Shown: positions 29,672-40,079, counted from the first letter of the stretch. The stretch is 64,000 bases of DNA from Bacillota bacterium (GCA_021771915.1 JAETNY010000004.1:80945-144944), one strand, 5' to 3'. Notes: a model not told the origin generated them from the sequence alone. Numbers and translations are program-made.

Positions 29672-29727
29672 CCAAAAAATATGATAAACATTGTTGAACA
29701 TAAAAAGAGCAACAATGTTTATCATAT
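29672..29727 (-). terminator. Rho-independent terminator of the P-type ATPase gene
   Basis: A perfect 18-bp inverted repeat, ATATGATAAACATTGTTG / CAACAATGTTTATCATAT, followed on the minus strand by TTTTTGG. Confidence 0.8.
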
Positions 29728-29732
29728 CAAAT

Positions 29733-32333
29733 TTATTTGTATAAAATTCTAATAGAATTAAGCAGGCAAAGCATGGATACGCCAGTATCTGCAAAAACCG
29801 CCAGCCACATGTTTGCATAGCCAAAAAGACCAAGCAGCATAACCAATGCTTTAATCGCCAGTGCAAAATATACGTTTTGCCAGGAAATGCGGTTGGTAGT
29901 TCTGGCAATATCAATAGACTGTGGGATAGCCGACATACTGGAGGTCATAAATACCACATCAGCGGCCTCAATGGCTGCATCAGCACCACTACCCATGGCT
30001 GCGCCCACGTCAGCTCCGGCCAGAACAGGTGCATCATTAATACCATCGCCAACAAACATCACACTACCATAATGATTGCGAATTTTGATTAGCTCATTAA
30101 GTTTATCCTGAGGCAACAGCTTGGCATGTACCTCGTCAATACCAGTTTGCCGGGCAATAAAATCAGCGCTGTCCTGGGCGTCACCTGTTAGCATGCTTGT
30201 AACAAGTCCCTGTTCTTTAATGCATTTAATTGCTGTTATGGCATCTTCTTTAATCGTATCGGCAATTAATAAATGGCCAATAAACTGATTGTTTAATGCA
30301 AATAAAACTTCGGTTCCATAACTTTGTTTTTGAAAAGCGCTGATATCAATATTGTTATTAGTCAAAAGCTTGCGATTACCGCAAAGCACCACACCTTGTG
30401 CAATTTCAGCCTTAATACCCAAACCAGCCAGTTCTTCAATCTTGACGGGCCTCTCAATTTGCAGCTTTTGAGCCTTGGCAGCGGCAATTATGCTACTGCC
30501 AATCGGGTGAGTAGAAGCCAGTTCACAGCTGGCCGCTAAACTTAGCAGTTGCGTTTGAGTTATTTGCGGATTGACCGAAACAATCTGCTGTAAAGTAAAA
30601 TTACCTTTAGTGATAGTACCGGTTTTATCCATGACAACCGCTCGAACATTTTTTAAGGCCTCGATAGCAATACCACCTTTAAATAAAATACCTTTTTTTG
30701 AACCAGCGCCAATGCCGGAGAAAAAGGCCAGCGGTACGCTTAAAACCAGAGCGCAGGGGCAGCTTATTACCAAAAAGGTTAAAGCGGTTTTAAGCCAATA
30801 ACTCCATTCAGCGCCAAGCAATAGTGGCGGCAAACAGGCCACAGCCACAGCTGCGAACACGACAACAGGCGTATAAACTCTGGCAAAACGGGTGATAAAT
30901 TTGTCGATTTGCGGTTTGTTAGCAGCGGCGTTTTCTACAGAATCCAAAATTCTTGTGACCATAGATTCAGCCAAAACCTTTTCCACACGGATTTTCAACT
31001 GACCGGAAGTATTAATACAACCGGACGTAACCTCATCGCCGTAAGCGGCCTTTACCGGCACGGGTTCTCCTGTTATTGGCGAAGTATCAATACGGCTTTC
31101 GCCCTCGATGACCACGCCGTCCAGCGGAATACGGTCACCGGGGCGCACCAGCAGAATATCGCCCACATTTGCTTCGTCTGCCTCAATGACACGTATTTCC
31201 TCACCAACCAGCAGATTAACAACCTCTGGCCGCAAATCCACAGCGTCCATAATCTGGCTGCGGCTTTTAGCCACAGCACGTTCTTCAAAATATTCACCAA
31301 CGCGATAAAACAGCATGACACCAACGGCCTCAGGGTACTCCTGAATACCAAATGCGCCCAAGGTTGCAATACTCATCAGAAAATTTTCATCAAAAACCTG
31401 ACCTTTGAAAATATTACGCAAAGCTGTACTCAAAACTTTTTCGCCCAGGATAAGATAAGCCAGAATTAACACTATTAATGCAGCTTCTGACATGTTTTGC
31501 TGGCTCACGACCAGTCCGGCAATAAATAAACAAGCGCCAATAATAATAGTCAGCAAGGAGATTGTGCTTTCAGATAAGCCCTTTTTGTTCGCATTTCTGG
31601 CTAAAGTCGGCCGCGTATCTTTGGCTTTAATAACAATATCCGGCTCAAGCGAAGTACATATTTTATTGATTTGCTCCATTAATGCATCTGGATTTTTAGC
31701 TGTTAGTTTCAGTTGTTTGGTAGCAAAGGTTATAGTAGCGCTGGTAACATCGGGCAGAGCGTTTATTTGTTTCTCAATTTTGCTGGCACAGTTAGCGCAA
31801 TCCAGATTTTCCAAAATATAAACCTTGGTATTCTGGCTGCCCGGGTTTTTGGCCTGACGTGGTACTACTTTGACATCTGACTCGATAGATGTGCAAATTT
31901 GCTGAATTTGTGGCAACAGCGTTTGATGATTATCGGCCGATAAGCGTAGTTGTTTAGTGGCAAAGGTAACTGTGCAGTATTTTACACCGGGCAGGTCTTT
32001 TATTTTGGCCTCCATTTTGGCTGCACAGTTAGCACAGCCCAAATTTTCTAAAATATAAACACGTTTTTCACAGCCGTCATCTGGCATTTGACAGGTGCAG
32101 TTTGCCAGGCTTTCACCACATACATCGCAATATTCTTCATGGGGGTGGCAAAGTTCACATTGGCAGTTTGCCGGGTGACCTGGGGTATGGGAATGCCAAT
32201 CTTGATGATGATTGTGTTCATGTTCACAATTACACGCTTTATGGTCGTGTTCGTGGTGTTCGTGCGCATGGTGTTCATGATTACATTCACATGCTGTATG
32301 CTCATGGTTATGTTCATGTTCATGTTGTGACAT
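29733..32333 (-). CDS. heavy-metal translocating P1B-type ATPase (Zn/Cd/Pb-type) with a His/Cys-rich N-terminus and two HMA domains
   Basis: CPC motif (VISCPCALV), DKTGTIT, STHP and GDGINDAP. Two HMA repeats carry CANC (LGCANCAAK, LDCANCASK). ATG 32333 follows RBS GGAGGA, and the 20-codon ORF-track extension to 32393 is unlikely to be translated. Confidence 0.93.
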   Translation of the reverse strand: MSQHEHEHNHEHTACECNHEHHAHEHHEHDHKACNCEHEHNHHQDWHSHTPGHPANCQCELCHPHEEYCDVCGESLANCTCQMPDDGCEKRVYILENLGCANCAAKMEAKIKDLPGVKYCTVTFATKQLRLSADNHQTLLPQIQQICTSIESDVKVVPRQAKNPGSQNTKVYILENLDCANCASKIEKQINALPDVTSATITFATKQLKLTAKNPDALMEQINKICTSLEPDIVIKAKDTRPTLARNANKKGLSESTISLLTIIIGACLFIAGLVVSQQNMSEAALIVLILAYLILGEKVLSTALRNIFKGQVFDENFLMSIATLGAFGIQEYPEAVGVMLFYRVGEYFEERAVAKSRSQIMDAVDLRPEVVNLLVGEEIRVIEADEANVGDILLVRPGDRIPLDGVVIEGESRIDTSPITGEPVPVKAAYGDEVTSGCINTSGQLKIRVEKVLAESMVTRILDSVENAAANKPQIDKFITRFARVYTPVVVFAAVAVACLPPLLLGAEWSYWLKTALTFLVISCPCALVLSVPLAFFSGIGAGSKKGILFKGGIAIEALKNVRAVVMDKTGTITKGNFTLQQIVSVNPQITQTQLLSLAASCELASTHPIGSSIIAAAKAQKLQIERPVKIEELAGLGIKAEIAQGVVLCGNRKLLTNNNIDISAFQKQSYGTEVLFALNNQFIGHLLIADTIKEDAITAIKCIKEQGLVTSMLTGDAQDSADFIARQTGIDEVHAKLLPQDKLNELIKIRNHYGSVMFVGDGINDAPVLAGADVGAAMGSGADAAIEAADVVFMTSSMSAIPQSIDIARTTNRISWQNVYFALAIKALVMLLGLFGYANMWLAVFADTGVSMLCLLNSIRILYK

Positions 32334-32371
32334 TGTTAATCCTCCTTTGTTTTTTAATAATTTGAATACAA

Positions 32372-32394
32372 GTTCATATGAATATATGTTCATG
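32372..32394 (-). promoter_or_regulatory. overlapping TGAA/TTCA palindromes: candidate metalloregulator (ArsR/SmtB-like) operator
   Basis: GTTCATATGAATATATGTTCATG. It contains the perfect palindrome TTCATATGAA (32373-32382) and the imperfect 16-mer ATGAATATATGTTCAT (32378-32393), between the -10 element and the RBS. Confidence 0.45.
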
Positions 32395-32404
32395 TGATAA
32401 TTAT

Positions 32405-32433
32405 ATCTTATACCAAAAAAGGATTTTTGTCAA
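32405..32433 (-). promoter_or_regulatory. candidate promoter of the metal ATPase gene
   Basis: On the minus strand: TTGACA (32433-32428), a 17-nt spacer, then TAAGAT (32410-32405). Confidence 0.5.
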
Positions 32434-32559
32434 TATAAAACGGGTAAAAATTTGAGATTTTTTTACACATAAATATATTATAAAAATCTACTATTTAATA
32501 AAAGTTTAAACTTTGTTTATATTTTTTGGTTAAAATTATAATAATAAAAGTTATATTTA

Positions 32560-33912
32560 TTGGGGAGGTGCGTAATATTGCTAAATATAGCAAAACGGCG
32601 CTTGTTTTGTGCAATTTTATGCTGTTTAACTTTTTTGTTACTGTCGGCTCCAGTTATGGCGGCGGATAACAATCTGGTTTATGAAGCAAAATTAGAGGGT
32701 GAAATTAGCCAACACATGGTTTCCTATCTTGAACGTGTACATCAAGAGGCTGCGGCCGCTGGGGCAGACGTGGTGCTTTTGGAGTTGGATACCTATGGTG
32801 GATATGTTGACGCGGCGGTTTCTTTGAAACAGATTATTATTGATTCGGATATTCCTACCTATTGTTATATAAACGATAAAGCAATTTCCGCTGGTTCTCT
32901 GATTGCTCTTTCTTGCGATAAAATTGCTATGAAAGCAGGCGGTTCCATGGGAGCTGCTGAACCGCGTGCTGGTAATAAAAAAGCTGATGAAAAAGTAGTT
33001 TCTTTCTGGACGGCGCAACTTACCGGTGCGGCTGAAAGTCATGGCCGTAATACCCAACTTGCTGCGGCAATGAGTGACTCACGTATAGTCATAGACGGCT
33101 TGTGTAAGTCTGGCCAGCTGCTTACATTAACATCAGCACAGGCCGTAGAGCATGGCATGGCTGATTATCTGGTTAACAGCAACACAGAGGCATTAAATGT
33201 TTTTGAAATTTCAGCAGTCAATCTGATTACTGTTGAATATAATTTTCAGGAGCGTGCTACACGCTTTTTAAATAATTCATTTGTTTCCACAGTTTTGCTG
33301 GCTTTGGGTATTGGTTGTCTGGTTTTAGAAGTTCTTTTTGCAGGCGTTGGTATTTTTGCTGCTTTAGGTGTAACCTCTTTGGCGTTATATTTTATTGGCG
33401 CACTGTTGTTAAGTTACACTGCCTGGATTGCGGTGGCTTTAGCGATAGCCGGTTTGGTGCTGCTGATTTTAGAAATATTTGTAGTGCCAGGGTTTGGTAT
33501 CTGCGGTATTTTGGGTATTGGCAGTATTGTTGGTGCAGTCATTTGCGTAGCACCTAGCCTGACGGCTGCGATTATGCAGATTGGTCTGGCTTTGCTGGTC
33601 AGCATATTGCTGGTGTTTATCAGCTTTAAATGCGGCCGTACCCGGCGCGTTTGGAACCGCCTGATTTTAAAAGACTCCACATCTACAAAAAGCGGTTATG
33701 TCAGTCCGCCAGTTGGTATAAATGATTTGATAGGGGAAAGTGGTATGGCTTTAACCGATTTGCGTCCGTCCGGTGCTGCACTTTTGGCCGGCAAACGTAC
33801 TGATGTTCTGACTGAGGGCAGTTTTGTTATGCGAGGCACCAAGGTGCGCGTTATAAAAGTGGAAGGCAGTAGTGTGGTGGTTGTTCCTGTTGAGGGTTCG
33901 GCAGAGGAATAG
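32560..33912 (+). CDS. NfeD-family membrane-bound ClpP-class serine protease (YqeZ-like)
   Basis: Signal/TM segment, a ClpP-like domain (LELDTYGGYVDAAVSL, AISAGSLIALSCDKIAM), multiple TMs and a C-terminal NfeD OB-fold. The probable start is TTG 32578, after RBS GGGGAGG. Confidence 0.85.
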   Translation: MGRCVILLNIAKRRLFCAILCCLTFLLLSAPVMAADNNLVYEAKLEGEISQHMVSYLERVHQEAAAAGADVVLLELDTYGGYVDAAVSLKQIIIDSDIPTYCYINDKAISAGSLIALSCDKIAMKAGGSMGAAEPRAGNKKADEKVVSFWTAQLTGAAESHGRNTQLAAAMSDSRIVIDGLCKSGQLLTLTSAQAVEHGMADYLVNSNTEALNVFEISAVNLITVEYNFQERATRFLNNSFVSTVLLALGIGCLVLEVLFAGVGIFAALGVTSLALYFIGALLLSYTAWIAVALAIAGLVLLILEIFVVPGFGICGILGIGSIVGAVICVAPSLTAAIMQIGLALLVSILLVFISFKCGRTRRVWNRLILKDSTSTKSGYVSPPVGINDLIGESGMALTDLRPSGAALLAGKRTDVLTEGSFVMRGTKVRVIKVEGSSVVVVPVEGSAEE

Positions 33913-33975
33913 AACAAACTGCTGCGGATTTGGCTGCTATTTTCCGGAAATTTTATTGAATACAACAAAATGGCC

Positions 33976-34027
33976 TTGTCAAAATGAATAAAATCTGGTA
34001 AAATATAGCTTAAAATAATTTTAAGCT
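33976..34027 (+). promoter_or_regulatory. candidate floA promoter followed by a 21-bp palindrome
   Basis: TTGTCA (33976-33981), a 17-nt spacer, then TAAAAT (33999-34004). AGCTTAAAATAATTTTAAGCT follows at 34007-34027. Confidence 0.45.
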
Positions 34028-34115
34028 TCAAATAACTGAAATTACAGGTATTTTGTTGCAATTATTTTAATAATGTATAGCTGTAAAATTTTTTTGAGAA
34101 TTGGAGGAATGAAAA

Positions 34116-35108
34116 ATGCCATTTGCATTTGATTTTGCTGCTGTTGGCGCCGGTTTAATTGTATTTATTGCAGTTATTGTCCTTTTTGTCGTTTTGGCCT
34201 TTGTGCCGATTGGTTTATGGATTTCGGCTCTGGCTGCCGGCGTAAAAGTTGGTATTGTTGATTTAATTGGTATGCGTCTGCGGCGTGTTTCACCAGCCAA
34301 AATTGTTAACCCCCTGATTAAGGCGGAAAAAGCCGGTCTTGACGTTAAGGTTACTCAATTGGAGGCGCATTATCTGGCCGGCGGTAATGTTGACCGTGTT
34401 GTAAACGCTTTAATTGCGGCGGAGCGCGCTAATATTCCACTGGCTTTTGAACGGGCAGCGGCTATTGATTTGGCTGGCCGCGATGTTTTGCAGGCAGTGC
34501 AGATGAGTGTTAATCCCAAGGTTATTGAAACTCCGGTGGTAGCTGCTATGGCCAAAGACGGTATTGAGGTTCGCTCCAAAGCGCGAGTGACCGTGCGTGC
34601 TAACATTGACCGTTTGGTGGGTGGCGCAGGCGAGGAAACAATTATTGCTCGCGTAGGCGAGGGTATTGTTACCACAGTTGGCTCCAGTGGTTCGCATAAG
34701 GAGGTTTTGGAAAATCCGGATATGATTTCTAAAACTGTTTTAGCAAAAGGTTTGGATACTGGTACCGCATTTGAAATTTTGTCCATTGACGTGGCAGATG
34801 TGGACGTTGGGCGTAACATTGGCGCTAAATTACAGGCAGACCAGGCCGAGGCTGATAAACAGATTGCGCAGGCCAAAGCAGAAGAGCGCCGGGCGATGGC
34901 TGTGGCACAGGAGCAGGAAATGGTGGCAGAAATTCAAGCCATGCGCGCTAAGGTTGTAGAAGCGGAGGCGCAGGTGCCGTTGGCTATGGCGGAGGCTTTT
35001 CGTAATGGTAATTTAGGGGTTATGGATTATTATAATATGATGAATTTGCAGGCTGATACAAAAATGCGCGAGGGTATTTCCAATTCTGGCACTAAAAATC
35101 AGCAATAA
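34116..35108 (+). CDS. floA: flotillin-like protein FloA (UPF0365/YqfA family)
   Basis: N-terminal TM, a SPFH-like core ([41 protein letters not shown]), an Ala/Glu-rich C-terminus, and nfeD synteny. Confidence 0.93.
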   Translation: MPFAFDFAAVGAGLIVFIAVIVLFVVLAFVPIGLWISALAAGVKVGIVDLIGMRLRRVSPAKIVNPLIKAEKAGLDVKVTQLEAHYLAGGNVDRVVNALIAAERANIPLAFERAAAIDLAGRDVLQAVQMSVNPKVIETPVVAAMAKDGIEVRSKARVTVRANIDRLVGGAGEETIIARVGEGIVTTVGSSGSHKEVLENPDMISKTVLAKGLDTGTAFEILSIDVADVDVGRNIGAKLQADQAEADKQIAQAKAEERRAMAVAQEQEMVAEIQAMRAKVVEAEAQVPLAMAEAFRNGNLGVMDYYNMMNLQADTKMREGISNSGTKNQQ

Positions 35109-35154
35109 CAATAATTCAGTTCAAATATGGTTGCCGAAAGGAGTGGTAAGTTAA

Positions 35155-35586
35155 ATGGAATCTTTGATAATTATTATAATTTTAGCTTTGTTTTCCTCTT
35201 TAGGCAATGGAAAAAAACGCAAGTCACGTTCCCAAAACGGGCAACAAATGCAAAATATGCAAGATTTGGCTCAACAGACCCAGCAGGCGCCGGACGACGT
35301 TTGTACTTATCCGATGCCGCAGTCCTCTTCTAATCGGCATAGAAGAACGGATAGTCGGCAAGCACGTTCGCAGAAGCCGGAATGTGGTTATTGTACCGGT
35401 GATATCGTTGTTGAAGCAAGCTTGCCGCATCATGCAGTACCTGTTGAACTTAAAGAGCCTGACAAACCTTGCGTCGATATTGCTGCTTTGCAAAAACACT
35501 GGGAACTTTCTGATTTGCAAAATGCGCTATTATGGCAGGAAATATTAGATAAACCGTTGGCAGTGCGCCGACGTGGTCTGAGATAA
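35155..35586 (+). CDS. small membrane-anchored hypothetical protein at the position of B. subtilis yqfB
   Basis: N-terminal TM (LIIIIILALFSSL) followed by a basic, Gln-rich linker. The call rests only on operon position after nfeD-floA. Confidence 0.5.
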   Translation: MESLIIIIILALFSSLGNGKKRKSRSQNGQQMQNMQDLAQQTQQAPDDVCTYPMPQSSSNRHRRTDSRQARSQKPECGYCTGDIVVEASLPHHAVPVELKEPDKPCVDIAALQKHWELSDLQNALLWQEILDKPLAVRRRGLR

Positions 35587-35646
35587 TATTTCTTACGCAT
35601 AAAATTAACCAGCCGCTATACTAAAGGGCGCGGCTGGTCGAAATGC

Positions 35647-35690
35647 TTCAAATAAAAATCCGGGCAGATTAGCCTTTGCTGCCCGGATTT
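35647..35690 (-). terminator. Rho-independent terminator of the DUF1540-like gene (possibly bidirectional)
   Basis: AAATCCGGGCAG pairs with CTGCCCGGATTT, followed on the minus strand by TTTTTATTT. Confidence 0.75.
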
Positions 35691-35704
35691 CCGTATGCAG
35701 GGAT

Positions 35705-35866
35705 TTACCCTTGATACTCAAAAGATTCGCAGTCAGTGCATTCCACCATGGTAGGGTTGCTTTCATGTGTGCCAACCCGGATTGCTTTCAGAGAGCAATA
35801 ATTTTCATTGCCACAGTGATGTTTACATTCGCTGATTGTGCATTGAATGGACGGATTTTTGTTCAT
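35705..35866 (-). CDS. small Cys-rich protein, DUF1540-like (53 aa); absent from the ORF track
   Basis: My own translation is MNKNPSIQCTISECKHHCGNENYCSLKAIRVGTHESNPTMVECTDCESFEYQG. RBS GGAGGAA lies 7 nt upstream of the ATG, and the gene has its own terminator. Confidence 0.65.
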   Translation of the reverse strand: MNKNPSIQCTISECKHHCGNENYCSLKAIRVGTHESNPTMVECTDCESFEYQG

Positions 35867-36005
35867 TGTTATTTCCTCCAAAAAAAGTTTGTGGCTTTCT
35901 GCCCAAGGTTAGTATGTACTACTGTTGAGCCTTTTATTAGCATTTTTTGCAGTTATAAAAAAATGCTTGAAAAATTATTTTTTTGCTTATAGAAGGGTTT
36001 GATAA

Positions 36006-37115
<1,110 letters not shown>

Positions 37116-37195
37116 ATAAAAAACAAGCGAATTTTAATAAGGTTAAGCTTGGAAAAAATAGAAAAATTATATTAAAAAAGGAAGGTTAAAATTTA

Positions 37196-37486
37196 ATGGA
37201 CTCATTATACTCAATAGCATATTCAATCGGACCGTTTCTGATTATGATTTTGGTTTTCTATTTTCTGTTGATAAAACCTCAACAGAAAATGCAGAAACAG
37301 CGCCAGGATATGTTGAACAATTTGAAAGTTGATGATAAGATTGTTACGGTTGGCGGTATTATTGGTATAATTACCGAAGTCAATGAAAAATCTGTTTGGC
37401 TGGAAGTATCTGAAGACGTGGAGATTGAATTGAAAAAATCCGGTATTGCGGCTTTGGATAATGACAGCGATAAAACGCTGGAATAA
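37196..37486 (+). CDS. yajC: preprotein translocase subunit YajC
   Basis: 96 aa with one TM, plus the LIKPQQKMQKQRQDML and VTVGGIIG motifs. It lies between tgt and secD. Confidence 0.9.
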   Translation: MDSLYSIAYSIGPFLIMILVFYFLLIKPQQKMQKQRQDMLNNLKVDDKIVTVGGIIGIITEVNEKSVWLEVSEDVEIELKKSGIAALDNDSDKTLE

Positions 37487-37545
37487 ACGCATACCATATT
37501 TACAATTTGTTGTTACTATTTTGTTTTTAGGAGGCATTTGGTTAA

Positions 37546-38790
37546 ATGAAAAAAGGAGCTATCTGGCTTTGCCTGTTTGGTGCGGTATTAGCCGTGGCTG
37601 TGGCCTGTTCCTGGGGCTATCTTAAGGAAAACCTTAATTTAGGTTTGGATTTGCGCGGCGGTGCGGAAGTTGTTTTGCAGGCAGTTCCCGAGGATGGACA
37701 GACTGTCACGGCAGACGACATGGAGGCGTTGAAAGAAATTATGCGCAAACGCGTTGATAATATTGGCGTATCTGAACCGCTTATTCAGTTGGAGGGCAGT
37801 GACCGCATTATTGTGCAGTTGGCTGGTGTGGATAATCCCGATGAAGCTATCAGTATTTTAGGCCGAACAGCCAAGCTGGAATTTCGCGGTCCGCGCGGCG
37901 ATGTTATTCTGACCGGCGCGGATTTGGCGGACGCTAAGGGTGTGCGTAATCCTGGCGCTACAAATCCACGTGAAGAAAATGTAATTTCTTTACAATTTTC
38001 TGATGAGGGCAGCAAAAAATTTGCTGATGCGACAGCCAGATATTTAAACCAGACTATCTCTATTTATATTGACGGCGAAGAAATTATGAGCCCCACTGTA
38101 AACCAGATTATCAGCACCGGACAAGCCCAAATTACCGGCGGCTATACTTTGGAACAGGCGGTATCTGAAGCAGCCGTTTTAAAAGGCGGCGCACTGCCGG
38201 TTGATGTGGAGGTTATGAGCAAACGTACAGTTGGCCCTTCTTTGGGTGCGGACTCTTTGCAGAAAAGCCTTTATGCCGGTTTAACTGGTATGCTTCTGCT
38301 GCTGGTTTTTATTATTCTGTATTATCGTCTGCCTGGCGTAGTGGCCGCGGTTTCGCTGGTGGTATATACTTTAATTTTAACTTGGCTGATTGCCTGGCTG
38401 AATATTACTCTGACATTGCCGGGCATAGCTGGCTTTGTGCTTAGTATTGGTATGGCCGTTGACGCTAATATCGTTATTTATGAACGTCTGCGTGAAGAAA
38501 TTGCTAATGATAAGTCCCTGCCGGCTGCGGTTACGGCCTCTTTCCGGCGTGCGCTCTGGACAATTCTGGATTCCAACATCACAACCTTGATTGCGGCGGC
38601 TGTATTGTTCCAGTTCGGTACTGGGTCTATTCAGGGTTTTGCGGTAACATTGGCGGTTGGTATTGTGGTAAGTATGTTCTCGGCGCTGGTTGTTACGCAT
38701 TATCTGTTAAAGTGGTGTGCAGATGTACCATCTTTTGCCAAGCATATTGGACTTTTTACAAGCGTGAAAGGGGGCGTTGGCCGTGCTTAA
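37546..38790 (+). CDS. secD: protein translocase subunit SecD
   Basis: LGLDLRGG, a periplasmic domain, and six TMs with GIAGFVLSIGMAVDANIVIYERLREE. Confidence 0.95.
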   Translation: MKKGAIWLCLFGAVLAVAVACSWGYLKENLNLGLDLRGGAEVVLQAVPEDGQTVTADDMEALKEIMRKRVDNIGVSEPLIQLEGSDRIIVQLAGVDNPDEAISILGRTAKLEFRGPRGDVILTGADLADAKGVRNPGATNPREENVISLQFSDEGSKKFADATARYLNQTISIYIDGEEIMSPTVNQIISTGQAQITGGYTLEQAVSEAAVLKGGALPVDVEVMSKRTVGPSLGADSLQKSLYAGLTGMLLLLVFIILYYRLPGVVAAVSLVVYTLILTWLIAWLNITLTLPGIAGFVLSIGMAVDANIVIYERLREEIANDKSLPAAVTASFRRALWTILDSNITTLIAAAVLFQFGTGSIQGFAVTLAVGIVVSMFSALVVTHYLLKWCADVPSFAKHIGLFTSVKGGVGRA

Positions 38791-39706
38791 ACTGCATATT
38801 GATGTGGTAAATAAACGTAAGCTTTGGTATGCTATATCAGCAGTTTTGCTGTTGGTTGGTCTGGCCTCGCTGCTTTTCCGCGGTTTAAATCTGGGTATTG
38901 ATTTCACCGGCGGTAATATTATGCAGCTGCAATTCTCCCAAAATGTGGCGGCTGAAGATTTGCGCGCGCTTGTTTCAAGTTATGTGGAAACAACACCTAG
39001 TATTCAGGCCAGTGAGGATAATATATTTTTAATCCGCACAGAAGATATGTCTGAAGAAACCAGTACTGTATTGCTGGAGCAAATTAATACCGAACTTTCT
39101 TCTTATGATATTTTGCGCAATGAACGAATTGGCCCGGTTATCGGCGCTGAATTGATTGCTAATGCCTGGTGGGCTTTGCTGCTGGCTTTGGCTTTGATGT
39201 TGCTTTATATTACTATTCGTTTTCGTTTTAATTTTGCAGTTTCAGCTATCGTACCGTTAATGCATGATGCTTTGATGGTGGTTGGTATTTTTTCCATACT
39301 GCAAATTGAAGTAGACAGTACCTTTGTTGCTGCTATTTTAACCGTGCTTGGTTATTCTATTAACAGCACAATCGTTATTTTTGACCGTATTCGTGAAAAC
39401 AGAGAACTTCATTCCAAACAAGGCTTTACAGATTTAATTAATGAAAGTATTAACCAGACGCTGGGGCGTTCTATTAATACTTCTGTCGCGGTTTTGCTTT
39501 TGGTACTCTGTTTGTTCCTGTTTGGCGGTGATACTACCAAGGCCTTTTCTCTGGCTCTGGTTATCGGTGTATTTGCCGGTGCTTATTCTTCTGTGTTTAT
39601 TGCCGGCTCAATTTTGGCCGATTTAACTAAGCTGCGCGGTGTTGATAAAAATGAAATCCGGGCAGCCAAAAAAGGCAAAAAAAATGATGAAAAAATTCTG
39701 GTTTAA
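38777..39706 (+). CDS. secF: protein translocase subunit SecF
   Basis: GIDFTGG and GYSINSTIVIFDRIREN. It overlaps the secD stop, and the start may be GTG 38783. Confidence 0.95.
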   Translation: MAVLKLHIDVVNKRKLWYAISAVLLLVGLASLLFRGLNLGIDFTGGNIMQLQFSQNVAAEDLRALVSSYVETTPSIQASEDNIFLIRTEDMSEETSTVLLEQINTELSSYDILRNERIGPVIGAELIANAWWALLLALALMLLYITIRFRFNFAVSAIVPLMHDALMVVGIFSILQIEVDSTFVAAILTVLGYSINSTIVIFDRIRENRELHSKQGFTDLINESINQTLGRSINTSVAVLLLVLCLFLFGGDTTKAFSLALVIGVFAGAYSSVFIAGSILADLTKLRGVDKNEIRAAKKGKKNDEKILV

Positions 39707-40079
39707 CTTTGCAGGTTTAAACCGGGTTGATTAATCGTAGGGCTTTCGCTGTTTATTGTCAATGACATTTTGCGGCGAAAGTTCTATTAATATGGAAAAC
39801 AGACTGGAATATTTTTACTTAATTGCTTTTATTAAAGTCACAATTTTTCCTTGTGTTGATTAGGCATAGCATCGAATAAATATGTAATTATTGCAACTCC
39901 TTTTCAGCATTGTGTAATCATGTAAAATGGTGTGTTCGTATTGATTTAAATAGTCTTATGCATGAATCCGATATAAATCAATCAAATTAAATGTAATGAA
40001 TGAGTATACACCCCAATTTTTGGAAATAGGTGTTATGAACACAAACAGAAATTGAGACTTATTAAAAATTAAAGAAAGG

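Noticed and set aside
32064-32333. The nucleotide-level CAT/CAC-GAA/GAG repetitiveness, considered as a possible simple-sequence contingency locus.
   Set aside because: The repetition is imperfect and in frame. It encodes the His/Glu-rich metal-binding head of the ATPase, and there is no homopolymeric or perfect tandem tract that would promote slippage.
35711-35992. A 93-aa plus-strand ORF in the gap between the yqfB-like gene and tgt.
   Set aside because: It has no RBS and starts inside a terminator region. The opposite strand carries a far better candidate (DUF1540-like) with an RBS and a terminator.
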